64,000 nt of DNA from Cytophagales bacterium (GTDB taxonomy: Bacteria > Bacteroidota > Bacteroidia > Cytophagales > JAHDFW01), in contig CBDICC010000026.1 in the NCBI GenBank assembly GCA_965277185.1, positions 13,079 through 77,078 of the forward strand, given 5' to 3'. A model generated the notes under the pieces. The model searched no databases. It saw nothing but the letters and a program-made list of their open reading frames with translations, and had not been told where the DNA came from. The number at the start of each line of letters is the position of its first letter. The first letter of the stretch is position 1. The translations under genes were made by a program, and so were the position numbers. This document shows positions 10,289 to 20,192 of this stretch, one piece after another.

Positions 10289-10888
10289 CTAAATTGTTTT
10301 GATTCGTACACTAAGGACCAAATAGTAATGTCCATTTTTCATTGGAGCAATGTGGTAATCAATTTTATTCTTGGTACGTTTTTTCATATCGACGAATCCA
10401 AGTCCAGCACCACCGCTATTATTCAATTTATTTTCCCGTAAAATGGTTTTATACAGTTGCTTTAATCCATCTTGGTCCAAGTCATTGATTTTATCCAACC
10501 ATGCTTTTAAGGGCTCCACGTTTTCGTACTGAATGGCGTTACCTGTCGTCACAACATAAAGTTCGTCATCCGAATCAATAACATGTCTACTTACAGACAT
10601 ATATCCTCGAATCCCAGATATTTCATCTTCCTTATACTTTGGACCAGCCGAATGACGTATGATATTCTGAAAGCATTCGACCATAATATGGTACACGCGA
10701 TTAGCCAGAAGATATTCCATACCTTCTTCATCCAACCTATCCTTTACCTGATTGGCAAAAAACTTAGTTACTTCCTGATCGACATACCCTTTATAGACAA
10801 AGAGTTGATCCCTTTTTTCGATCTCGTGGTCTAATCCAACCACATAATTTAAATATTCTTCCGAATCGTATTCCATATACTGCAACAA
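10289..10888 (-). CDS. SiaB-family protein kinase (DUF6272-like, GHKL fold)
   Basis: YKGYVDQ, VYHIMVECFQNIIRH, TTGNAI, GAGLGFVDMKKRT. Confidence 0.78.
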   Translation of the reverse strand: MLQYMEYDSEEYLNYVVGLDHEIEKRDQLFVYKGYVDQEVTKFFANQVKDRLDEEGMEYLLANRVYHIMVECFQNIIRHSAGPKYKEDEISGIRGYMSVSRHVIDSDDELYVVTTGNAIQYENVEPLKAWLDKINDLDQDGLKQLYKTILRENKLNNSGGAGLGFVDMKKRTKNKIDYHIAPMKNGHYYLVLSVRIKTI

Positions 10889-11170
10889 ACAGGGTATTGT
10901 TTAGTCCCTTTAAAGACGATAAATATAGTAAATAATATATAAGAGGAGGTTAATTTCCAATTAATTTGTTTTCTGAATTGAAACGTATTTCGAATGAGAA
11001 AATCCAATCAGTTCGTTCAGAGAATGTTAGCTTATATTCTCTAACCTAAATAAAAAACTTCCATTTCAGAATTTAAACTTCAATGATTCGTTTTCCTGGA
11101 ATCTCTAATCCAATGGAAGTTCACAGCAGTCTTTTTGAATAATTTAAAGATAATTTTTCTAAAAAAAGAC

Positions 11171-11207
11171 TATTTTCGCGCTTCTTCCTGAGTTGTAGCA
11201 GGAAGGC
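11171..11207 (+). promoter_or_regulatory. thrS promoter (-7-like TATTTTCG) followed by a leader hairpin with a tRNA-Thr anticodon-like loop
   Basis: CTTCCTG (11184-11190) pairs with CAGGAAG (11199-11205); loop AGTTGTAG contains T-TGT-A. Confidence 0.55.
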
Positions 11208-11222
11208 AAACAATAATACAAT

Positions 11223-13154
11223 ATGAAAATGATCAATATTACATTGCCAGACGGAACCGTTAAACCATATGAAAGCGGGGTTACTGGTATGGACATTGCC
11301 AACGGCATTAGTGAAGGATTGGGACGAGTAGCCCTGTCTATCAAAGTAGGAAACGAAGTTTGGGATCTTTCAAGACCTCTAACAGAGGATTCGGAAATAT
11401 CTATTCTTACGTGGAATGATACCGAAGGTAAAAACACATTCTGGCATTCATCTGCGCATTTATTAGCTGAAGCACTAGAAGCATTATATCCTGGAGCTAA
11501 ATTTGGAATTGGACCAGCGATTGATACCGGATTCTATTATGATGTAGATTTTGGGGATGTTGAATTTTCCTCAGATGACTTCCCAAAAGTGGAGGAAAAG
11601 ATGATGGAATTAGCTCGCCAAAAAAATGAATATGTTCGAACGGAAGTATCGAAAGCAGATGCCACTCGTTTTTTTACGGAAAAAGGAGATGAATATAAAT
11701 TGGATTTGATCAAAGATCTAGCCGATGGAACTATTACATTCTATCAACAAGGAGAATTTACAGATTTATGTCGTGGACCACATATCCCAAATACAGGCAC
11801 GATAAAAGCACTAAAATTAATGAATGTTGCTGGTGCGTATTGGAGAGGTGATACAGATCGTAAGCAATTAACCCGGATTTATGGGGTGTCATTCCCTAAA
11901 CAAAAGGAATTAAAGCACTATTTAGAAATTCTTGAAGAAGCTAAAAAGAGAGATCATCGTAAATTAGGTAAAGAGTTAGATCTTTTTGCCTTTTCCGAAA
12001 AAGTAGGAATGGGTCTTCCATTATGGCTTCCTAAAGGTACTATATTAAGAGAGCGTCTGGTTGACTTCATGAAAAAGGCGCAACTTAAAGCTGGATATGT
12101 TCCAGTTATCACGCCTCATATTGGAAGCAAAGAATTATATGAAACTTCAGGTCACTGGGCAAAATATGGTAAGGATTCGTTTCAACCTATTGGCACACCT
12201 AATGAAGGTGAAGAGTACATGCTCAAGCCAATGAACTGTCCACATCACTGTGAAATATATAAAGTTCGTCCAAAATCCTATAAAGATTTACCGCTTCGAT
12301 TAGCGGAATTTGGTACGGTTTATCGTTATGAGCAGAGTGGGGAATTACACGGTTTGACTCGAGTAAGAGGGTTTACTCAGGATGATTCTCACATCTTTTG
12401 TACGGATGATCAGGTGAAAGATGAGTTTATTAAAGTAATTGATCTTGTTCTATATGTGTTTACGGCGCTTGGATTTGAGAATTATGTAGCTCAAATCTCA
12501 CTTCGTGATCCTGAAGATAAAGATAAGTACATTGGGGATGACGAATCATGGGCAAAAGCAGAAAGTGCGATCATCGAATCATGTAAAGAAAAAGGACTTG
12601 ATACCGTAACTGTATTAGGAGAAGCTGCTTTCTATGGTCCTAAATTGGATTTCATGGTTAAGGATGCTTTAGGTAGAAACTGGCAATTGGGAACAATTCA
12701 GGTTGACTACAATCTTCCAAATCGCTTTGAATTGGAGTATGTTGGCGCCGATAATGCTAAGCATCGACCGGTAATGATTCACCGAGCTCCATTTGGTTCT
12801 TTGGAACGATTTATTGCCGTGTTAATTGAGCACTGTGCTGGAGATTTTCCGCTATGGTTGAGCCCGGAACAAGTGGCAGTTTTACCAGTTTCGGAAAAAT
12901 ATGAGGCTTATGCCAACGAAGTTTATGCTCAAATGGAAGATGCAGAAATTTACGGATTTGTGGACCATCGGAGCGAAAAAATGGGAAGAAAAATTCGGGA
13001 CGCAGAAGTTAAAAAAATCCCTTTCATGCTCATAGTGGGCGAAAAAGAGATGGCTGATGGTACTGTTTCAATTCGAAGACATGGCGAAGGAGACATCGGA
13101 ACCATGACAATAAAAGAGTATATTGAGCACTTTAAAGAAGTCTCTAAAGTATAA
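11223..13154 (+). CDS. thrS: threonine--tRNA ligase
   Basis: TGS domain, [48 protein letters not shown]. Confidence 0.99.
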   Translation: MKMINITLPDGTVKPYESGVTGMDIANGISEGLGRVALSIKVGNEVWDLSRPLTEDSEISILTWNDTEGKNTFWHSSAHLLAEALEALYPGAKFGIGPAIDTGFYYDVDFGDVEFSSDDFPKVEEKMMELARQKNEYVRTEVSKADATRFFTEKGDEYKLDLIKDLADGTITFYQQGEFTDLCRGPHIPNTGTIKALKLMNVAGAYWRGDTDRKQLTRIYGVSFPKQKELKHYLEILEEAKKRDHRKLGKELDLFAFSEKVGMGLPLWLPKGTILRERLVDFMKKAQLKAGYVPVITPHIGSKELYETSGHWAKYGKDSFQPIGTPNEGEEYMLKPMNCPHHCEIYKVRPKSYKDLPLRLAEFGTVYRYEQSGELHGLTRVRGFTQDDSHIFCTDDQVKDEFIKVIDLVLYVFTALGFENYVAQISLRDPEDKDKYIGDDESWAKAESAIIESCKEKGLDTVTVLGEAAFYGPKLDFMVKDALGRNWQLGTIQVDYNLPNRFELEYVGADNAKHRPVMIHRAPFGSLERFIAVLIEHCAGDFPLWLSPEQVAVLPVSEKYEAYANEVYAQMEDAEIYGFVDHRSEKMGRKIRDAEVKKIPFMLIVGEKEMADGTVSIRRHGEGDIGTMTIKEYIEHFKEVSKV

Positions 13155-13237
13155 TTTACCGTGTTTTTGTTGGTAGGTAGGGAAAAAAATCCCGATATTT
13201 GCAGAAATTTGATTTTTCACACTAAAACAAAGTAGTC

Positions 13238-13786
13238 ATAGCAAAAATTAGAAAAAAAAATCCTCGTAGGTACGCTCGTAAGGAAGAGCCTTATAAGGTT
13301 AATGGTAAAATCACCGTGCAGGAAGTTCGTGTAATCGGTGAAGGAGTTGATTCGGACATTGTTTCGATTCAGCAAGCGTTGCGTATGGCACAAGAGATGG
13401 AGTTGGATTTGGTGGAGATTTCTCCGAAAGCCGTTCCTCCCGTTTGTAAAATCATAGATTACTCAAAGTTTAAGTACGAACAGAAGAAAAAACAAAAGGA
13501 AATAAAAGCCAAATCTCAGAAGGTTGTAGTAAAAGAGATTCGGTTTGGTCCAAATACTGATGAACATGATTTCAATTTTAAATTGAAACATGCGCTCGGT
13601 TTTTTGGAGTCCGGAGCTAAGGTAAAAGCATGGGTTCAGTTTAGAGGACGAACCATTATGTTTAAAGAACGTGGCGAATTGTTGTTATTAAAATTCGCTC
13701 AAGCTTTGGAAGAACACGGAAAAATAGAACAACTTCCAAAATTGGAAGGTAGAAGAATGTCAATATTTGTTTCACCTAAAAAATAA
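13238..13786 (+). CDS. infC: translation initiation factor IF-3 (probable ATA start)
   Basis: [26 protein letters not shown]. The frame is open upstream to ATA GCA at 13238, adding [23 protein letters not shown] before the track's GTG. Confidence 0.95.
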   Translation: MAKIRKKNPRRYARKEEPYKVNGKITVQEVRVIGEGVDSDIVSIQQALRMAQEMELDLVEISPKAVPPVCKIIDYSKFKYEQKKKQKEIKAKSQKVVVKEIRFGPNTDEHDFNFKLKHALGFLESGAKVKAWVQFRGRTIMFKERGELLLLKFAQALEEHGKIEQLPKLEGRRMSIFVSPKK

Positions 13787-13789
13787 ATT

Positions 13790-13987
13790 ATGCCAAAGGT
13801 AAAAACAAAAGGAAGTGCTAAAAAACGATTTAAATTAACCGGAACAGGTAAAATTAAACGTAAGCACGCTTTTAAAAGTCATATTTTGACTAAGAAAGAG
13901 ACTAAGCAAAAGAGAAATCTTACAAAAGCAACGTTGGTACACGAAAGTGATATGAACAACGTTAAACTAATGCTTAGACTTAAGTAA
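13790..13987 (+). CDS. rpmI: 50S ribosomal protein L35
   Basis: [24 protein letters not shown]; synteny with infC and rplT. Confidence 0.98.
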   Translation: MPKVKTKGSAKKRFKLTGTGKIKRKHAFKSHILTKKETKQKRNLTKATLVHESDMNNVKLMLRLK

Positions 13988-14063
13988 AAACAATTGTTTA
14001 ATGCGGTTTTTGGTACTAAGAACTTTGATTTGAAGTCGCCAAAATACCCTAAAGAAAAAGAAA

Positions 14064-14411
14064 ATGCCAAGATCAGTAAATTCAGTAGCAAAAAGAGCTA
14101 GGAGAAAAAAGGTTCTGAAACAAGCCAAAGGCTATTTCGGAAGAAGAAAAAATGTATGGACGGTAGCGAAGAACGCTGTTGAAAAAGGAATGGTGTATGC
14201 CTACCGTGACCGTAAACAAAAGAAAAGAGCGTTTAGAGCGTTATGGATTCAGCGTATTAACGCTGGTGTACGAGAGTATGATTTGTCTTACTCGAAATTC
14301 ATGCATGGTTTAAGTCAGAAGGGAATCGAAATCAATCGTAAAGTTCTTGCCGATTTGGCTATGAACAATCCTGAGACTTTTAAAGCAATCGTTGACCAGG
14401 TAAAAAAGTAA
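14064..14411 (+). CDS. rplT: 50S ribosomal protein L20
   Basis: [41 protein letters not shown]. Confidence 0.99.
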   Translation: MPRSVNSVAKRARRKKVLKQAKGYFGRRKNVWTVAKNAVEKGMVYAYRDRKQKKRAFRALWIQRINAGVREYDLSYSKFMHGLSQKGIEINRKVLADLAMNNPETFKAIVDQVKK

Positions 14412-14462
14412 GCAAAACAGACAAAAGTAAACAAGAAACGAAACAAAATATTGACATTTAAG

Positions 14463-14492
14463 AAGCTCCGAAATTAATTCGGGGCTTTTTTT
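14463..14492 (+). terminator. rho-independent terminator of infC-rpmI-rplT
   Basis: AAGCTCCGAA / TTCGGGGCTT stem followed by a T-tract. Confidence 0.85.
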
Positions 14493-14687
14493 ATGCCCAA
14501 ATTTTAAATATTTGATACGTCATATTACGTATTTTTCGTATAAAAAGTGCTTAATTCGATTTAAGGCATTGATATTTTTAATCACATTGTTAATTTAGCT
14601 ACTTGTTGATTCAATTCGATTCAATTTGAATGAAAGACAGCTAGAAAAACTAAACTTTAATTTTTACTAAATCCAAAAGACTCGTTT

Positions 14688-16925
14688 ATGCAATTAAGAT
14701 TGATTTACTTTCTTCCCATCCTGGTATCATGTGTTTTTTTTAGCTTAACCCAAGATGTACACGCGCAAAGTTACAAGGAGGCCAAAAAAAAGGCGAAAAT
14801 TGCGATGAACAAACGTGATTATCCCGCTGCCATTCCTGCTCTTAAGGAACTACTAACTTTCAAACCGGACAATGGTAAGGCTCATGAGCAATTAGCTAAG
14901 GCTATTTCTAGCTCTTCGTCTGCGAATGAAAAAGAGATGATTGAATACTATAATAAGTTGAATGTTTCCAAAAGTAAAGCACTCATTCCAGCATCCGTAA
15001 AATATAAATCGGCTGGGAAAGTAAACTATTTGGTTACGATTTATGAAATGATTCAAAAGCTCGATCAAAAAGAAGCATCATCGTTGAAATATCTTAGTAA
15101 GTATTACGAAGAAGCTAAAAATGACGAAAAAACGCATTTATACTATAGCAGAGCTGGTAAATATTTGGACCTAAATAAAAACCTAAGTTATAACGCTGCC
15201 GGCTTAGCTGCTATGCGATTAGAACATTATAGTGATGGATTAGAAGCGTTTGAAAATGCATTGAAAAATACTTCCAAGAAATTGGAAGCGAAAAACCACC
15301 GTATCATCAGTTATAATATACAATGGGCTACGCGTGAAATTCGAGATGAACCTATGCGCGCAAAATTAATGGAGTCTCCACTGAAAGTAGAAATTGAGAA
15401 TATGGGGAAAAATGTAAACTCTGCAGGATCGGATTATTTTGGTGCAGTAACCGCAGATGAATCGATGTTCTTATTTACTTCGATTCGAGATGGAGGATTC
15501 AAAAATAAAAATGGGGACAACACAGAGGATTTTTGGTTTTGTTTGAAAGATTCCAGTGGAAATTGGACAAAAGCTAAAAACCTAGGTTCGTCTATTAACT
15601 CAGCCGGTCATGAAGGACTGCCTACGTTATCAGCAGATGGTCAAAGCATCTATTTTTATCAGAGTGGAGCGAAAGGAGATGGAAACTTGTATCAAAGCAA
15701 TATCGAAGGAGGAGATAAATGGAGTAAAGCGGAAAAATTACCTTTCTGTGAAGATATTTACTGGGAAACACAACCAACTATTTCTTCAGACGGAAATACA
15801 GTCTTTTTCATTTCCAGAAGAGATCCGAAAAACCCGGAAGATGCGGATATATTTTATTCTACGCGAAAACGAAGCGGGAAATGGAAAAAAGCCAAAAACT
15901 TGGGGAAACCTGTTAATACAGAATATGATGAAGGTTCTCCTTTTATTCATCCAGATGGAAAAACCCTCTATTTTTCTTCTCAAGGACATGCAGGTGTAGG
16001 TGATTATGATATTTTTAAGACGGTAAAAGATGAAAAAGGTAAATGGAGCGAACCTGTAAATGTAGGCTACCCAATTAACACCCGAGGAGCCGACAATGGC
16101 TTTTTTCTGAATGCATTAGGGACACGAGCCTATTATCACTCTGAAAAGGAAGGAGGACAAGGCGATTTTGACTTTTACGTGGTGCATCTAGTACCAAAGC
16201 CAAAACCTAAGCCTGAGCCAATAGTTGGAGATACTGCTAAGGTTGTTGCTATGGCAGTTGTTGTGGAGGAAGAAAAGGTAGCTGAAAGCGTTGCTGCATC
16301 AGCCGTTACCACGGTTATTGGTATTATCACCGATGAGGCTACAGGAGAACCAATAGGGACCACAGTAGAAATGCAGAATCTTACGCTCAATGAACGAATC
16401 CAAGATTTTAAAAGTAATTCAAAAACGGGTAAATATGTTGTGGTAATTCCTGCAGGTAATAACTATGCCATTGCGATTAGTAAGAAAGGATACCTATTTC
16501 ATTCTGAAAATTTTAATATTCCTAAAGACAATGCGTCTTCTATCATTACAAAAAATATTAAGCTAAAACGTATTGAAGTTGGTAAATCAATTGTATTAAA
16601 TAATATATTCTTTCAAACGGGTTCGGCTGACCTAAGCAACGAATCTACACTAGAATTGGAACGTATTGTGGATTTTATGGAAAAGGAAAAATCCATTAAA
16701 ATTGAAATTAGTGGTCATACGGATAATGTTGGATCCGATGCAAGTAACCAATCTCTTTCTGAAAGGCGCGCAAAGTCCGTTGTAGATTACTTAATAGGTA
16801 AAGGGATAGATAAGGTCCGTTTGGTAGGAAAAGGATATGGAGAAGCCTTGCCAATCGCAGACAATGAAACAGATGAAGGAAGGCAGGCCAATAGAAGAAC
16901 TGAATTTAAGGTTTTAGCTAAATAA
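14688..16925 (+). CDS. OmpA-family protein with TPR, PD40 beta-propeller and carboxypeptidase-regulatory-like domains (PorE-like)
   Basis: TPR-like N-terminus; repeated NLG..INS / P.IHPDGKTLYFSS / DIF; C-terminal LNNIFF, IEISGHTDNVGS, NQSLSERRA, GRQANRRTEF. Confidence 0.92.
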   Translation: MQLRLIYFLPILVSCVFFSLTQDVHAQSYKEAKKKAKIAMNKRDYPAAIPALKELLTFKPDNGKAHEQLAKAISSSSSANEKEMIEYYNKLNVSKSKALIPASVKYKSAGKVNYLVTIYEMIQKLDQKEASSLKYLSKYYEEAKNDEKTHLYYSRAGKYLDLNKNLSYNAAGLAAMRLEHYSDGLEAFENALKNTSKKLEAKNHRIISYNIQWATREIRDEPMRAKLMESPLKVEIENMGKNVNSAGSDYFGAVTADESMFLFTSIRDGGFKNKNGDNTEDFWFCLKDSSGNWTKAKNLGSSINSAGHEGLPTLSADGQSIYFYQSGAKGDGNLYQSNIEGGDKWSKAEKLPFCEDIYWETQPTISSDGNTVFFISRRDPKNPEDADIFYSTRKRSGKWKKAKNLGKPVNTEYDEGSPFIHPDGKTLYFSSQGHAGVGDYDIFKTVKDEKGKWSEPVNVGYPINTRGADNGFFLNALGTRAYYHSEKEGGQGDFDFYVVHLVPKPKPKPEPIVGDTAKVVAMAVVVEEEKVAESVAASAVTTVIGIITDEATGEPIGTTVEMQNLTLNERIQDFKSNSKTGKYVVVIPAGNNYAIAISKKGYLFHSENFNIPKDNASSIITKNIKLKRIEVGKSIVLNNIFFQTGSADLSNESTLELERIVDFMEKEKSIKIEISGHTDNVGSDASNQSLSERRAKSVVDYLIGKGIDKVRLVGKGYGEALPIADNETDEGRQANRRTEFKVLAK

Positions 16926-17033
16926 CTTAAGATTTGATTTCAATCAATTTGCCCGATTCATCCATGTCAATTATATAATGAAAAATAAATACAGCTTAAG
17001 TCAGTAACCTTACCACTTACTAACACAGGGGAT

Positions 17034-17092
17034 AAAGCCCGTGATTTAAATGGAATATTCGATTTTATTCTATTTTTCACGGGCTTTTCTTT
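17034..17092 (+). terminator. long hairpin, probable terminator after the OmpA gene
   Basis: AAAGCCCGTGA / TCACGGGCTTT followed by TCTTTT. Confidence 0.65.
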
Positions 17093-17405
17093 TAATTACC
17101 ATACTTCTTATCCAATTAGGATGCGTGTTCAAAAGCACTCCAATAGCTTTCCGTTGATTATTTTATAACATAATAATAGGTTCTACGATTCCGTATAAGG
17201 CTCAAAATAGTATTATACTTTTTCATTTATCTGTACCCTATATTATTCTATATCTAAGAATTCCATGTGTTTCTTAGATTAGGATTAGACAATTTACTAT
17301 TGACTATAGTGTATAAAATGGACTTAATTGTAAACTAAATGTGATATCATGTCAGTTTATTTCAAATAAATAGATAATAATCTATAATTATTGTAAATAA
17401 TATTT

Positions 17406-17413
17406 TACATTTG
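17406..17413 (+). promoter_or_regulatory. -7 element (TACATTTG)
   Basis: Exact TAnnTTTG match upstream of the ATG at 17450. Confidence 0.6.
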
Positions 17414-17449
17414 TATAAACAATTATGTATAATTAAACTTTAAAACATC

Positions 17450-17854
17450 ATGAAAGTAAATTTTATTTTAACTATTGCGTGCGTAGGATTATTTTTTGCC
17501 ACGTTTAATGCAAATGGTCAGCAGGTCATCCTAAATGATGGAGGTCAAATGACAGAGGTAACTGGGCTTCGAACTATTGGAAATCAAGGAAAAGCAAAGA
17601 TTTTTGAATTTGAAGAACCGGTTCAAATGCCCGTATCCAAAGGAAGATATTTTGGGCTTTCTCATAACAATAATAACGGTCTGGGTTTACTAGCAGTAGG
17701 TTGCTCAGGAAGTGAAGTACCAAAAGGATTTGTAATGGATTGTGGTCCAGCTTCGAGATCTACAAATAACCTTACCGGTTTTATCTTAATTGTATGCGCA
17801 AATGAAAACAATACACTTTGTGCTTTAAGTCGACCTGCACCTGCTACAAGATAG
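17450..17854 (+). CDS. small secreted hypothetical protein with 4 Cys in the mature part
   Basis: Signal peptide ending ANG-QQ; own promoter; A-rich start context. Confidence 0.75.
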   Translation: MKVNFILTIACVGLFFATFNANGQQVILNDGGQMTEVTGLRTIGNQGKAKIFEFEEPVQMPVSKGRYFGLSHNNNNGLGLLAVGCSGSEVPKGFVMDCGPASRSTNNLTGFILIVCANENNTLCALSRPAPATR

Positions 17855-18141
17855 GAGCTTGGTATACTTAAAATCAATGTAATCCGTCTTTATTCAAAAT
17901 AGCAAAAATCGTATTAAGATCTGTTGATGTAATTCCAATAGGAAATGGGAATTAAATGCATTCGATCATTCAATCCAACGCATTTTTATGCGATACAATG
18001 ATACAAATCGATACACCAACCGACTTAATGTCGAATCGAATTGCTACCTATTTATTTTGAACTAATGGTTTTAGGCAGATTCTTAGGATGATTGCTGCAT
18101 CAAAAAGTGATTGCAAAACTTTGAATAAATGGATCACAACT

Positions 18142-18171
18142 AAGCGGGAGCAGGGGAACTTGTTCTCGCTT
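18142..18171. terminator. GC-rich hairpin, possible terminator
   Basis: AAGCGGGAGCAGG-GGAA-CTTGTTCTCGCTT. Confidence 0.5.
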
Positions 18172-18297
18172 TAGTGTTGTGTCTGAAATTTTACGATTTA
18201 AATTAAGATGATTTTACACTTATCCGAAGACCAAAAGATAATATTATAAAGCTCCTTATATCCTCAATTAACTTCCATTCTATATTAATTACATTCC

Positions 18298-19899
18298 ATG
18301 CGAAAACAATTTCCCTTCTCCATTTTGAAGATAATTCCATATAAATTAATTCTACTCACTGGATTTATTACGTTGAATACGTGGACATTAGTTGCACAAG
18401 AAGGAGGGAAGGTCCAAGAATTGATTCCGCGCACTTTATCAGATTTCAAAATTCAAACTTTGCCTTCGGATACACTTGTGATCTTGGCGATAAATAGCAA
18501 AAGTTGCTTAAGAAGTCTTGAATTGTATTCTACTGCTTATAAGAGAAGTACTCAACTTGGATCCATCCCAATCTTTTTGATCGAAGGAATACGCAATAAA
18601 GAACGGTTTCAGTTTCTATCCGACGTACTTAAAATTCCAGCTAAGGGAAAAGACATTATTGTAAACGATGAATTGTATAATCTATTAAACCCGGAGTATG
18701 ATCATGTGGTATTAGTAGTTCATAAAAACAAACTGATTCGAAGGGAATCTTATTTTTCTTTTATCGAGCGTGCTGACCGCATCCTACATGACCATAAAAA
18801 CTTACTTCAACCTGAGTCGATGGATTCGGTATTGTTGGATGAATCGAATTACACTCTTCATAAAAATAGCAGTTTTGAAGTATTAAATGATTCCTCCTTA
18901 TTCGTTTTTGATAAACTCTATGGGAATTTATTGCTGTATAACACTATGAATGGTGTTTGTAAGGGCTTTTTCGAACTCAATTCAAATCAAATCCCCTCAT
19001 TGTATCGATCGTATTATGCCAAGCATCCTCAAACCATTGCTTTTGTTTTGAATCAACGTGATTCGATCCTGGCATTAAGGGAACCATTCGAATCGTTTGT
19101 TTTTGAATCTTATTCATTGACGTCTTCACATATTTATGTGGTGCTGAATTTGAAACATCCTTTCTTTATTTATAAAGAAGGTAGCTTTGAGCGGAAAAAC
19201 AATGCCTATGCTAAGTTTGTTCTGAAATTGGATTTTAATCTTAACCTTCAATCCATCAATCCAATATTTTCGAAACTTGACGTTAGCAATTGTAAAGATT
19301 GCTACTTGGATTTGCAAAATCATTTTGCCGTGCAAGATTCCAACTGTTTGATTTTTCGCTTTGCATGTGCTTCTTTCCCAGAACGTCTACCAATGCATGT
19401 TAAATATCGATTAAACGCACAACAAAATTGGGAGCAAGATTCAGTTTTCCCTATTCGTATGCCTACATTATTTACAGATAAGCTCTATAATTACGATTTT
19501 AGTACGTGTTACACATTTAGATGGAATCATCAATTCTATACAACCTTTGAAATTTTACCTTATTTCTATAATCTTTCTGGAAACGAAGATATTCCAATCC
19601 AATCTACGCAATTTGCTTCCGAAGATTTCTCAATGCGTGATTTAACTACCTTTTCAATAGGATATTCTCTTATGCGCAACGCACTCTGGACCAACCAAGC
19701 CAATGACCTTCGAATGGCCACTTTTGACCGCAATAACCTAATTACCATTCGAACTTTTCAACCTTCTTTACATTCACAAAACATCATCCATACCACATTT
19801 AAAAGACGTTGGGGACCATATCGCTTAAATCAAGATTATCTCTTCTTTCTGGAGCAAGATCAAAATGAAGCCATTTATTTTTATCGGTATCGGTATTAG
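18298..19899 (+). CDS. secreted hypothetical protein (possible degenerate thioredoxin-like N-terminus plus beta-propeller-like region)
   Basis: 533-aa ORF with a hydrophobic signal; the fold guess comes only from the residue pattern. Confidence 0.55.
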   Translation: MRKQFPFSILKIIPYKLILLTGFITLNTWTLVAQEGGKVQELIPRTLSDFKIQTLPSDTLVILAINSKSCLRSLELYSTAYKRSTQLGSIPIFLIEGIRNKERFQFLSDVLKIPAKGKDIIVNDELYNLLNPEYDHVVLVVHKNKLIRRESYFSFIERADRILHDHKNLLQPESMDSVLLDESNYTLHKNSSFEVLNDSSLFVFDKLYGNLLLYNTMNGVCKGFFELNSNQIPSLYRSYYAKHPQTIAFVLNQRDSILALREPFESFVFESYSLTSSHIYVVLNLKHPFFIYKEGSFERKNNAYAKFVLKLDFNLNLQSINPIFSKLDVSNCKDCYLDLQNHFAVQDSNCLIFRFACASFPERLPMHVKYRLNAQQNWEQDSVFPIRMPTLFTDKLYNYDFSTCYTFRWNHQFYTTFEILPYFYNLSGNEDIPIQSTQFASEDFSMRDLTTFSIGYSLMRNALWTNQANDLRMATFDRNNLITIRTFQPSLHSQNIIHTTFKRRWGPYRLNQDYLFFLEQDQNEAIYFYRYRY

Positions 19900-20192
19900 A
19901 AAAGAGGCTTGTGGTTGTAATCCATTTACATCCTGATTCTTTTCTACTAATTAGTTTAAATTAGCGTTCAGAAATGCATTTTAAATCTACGATAAGATGC
20001 TTTACTGGTATTTTAAAGAACTTCAATACTTAAAATCACGTTTCTCCGTTTTTATCAGGTTATAGTCTTCAATTTATGGCTGAAAATCGTCTAGTGTGTT
20101 GAGTCACGACAACTGGTACAATATTTGTCATTTTAAATCCATAAAGATTATATATTCAACTATATTAAGGGTAAATTCTAACGTTCAACACA

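Noticed and set aside
17992-18015. Three GATACA hexamers
   Set aside because: Irregular spacing (8 and 10 bp) and short length; compatible with chance in AT-rich DNA
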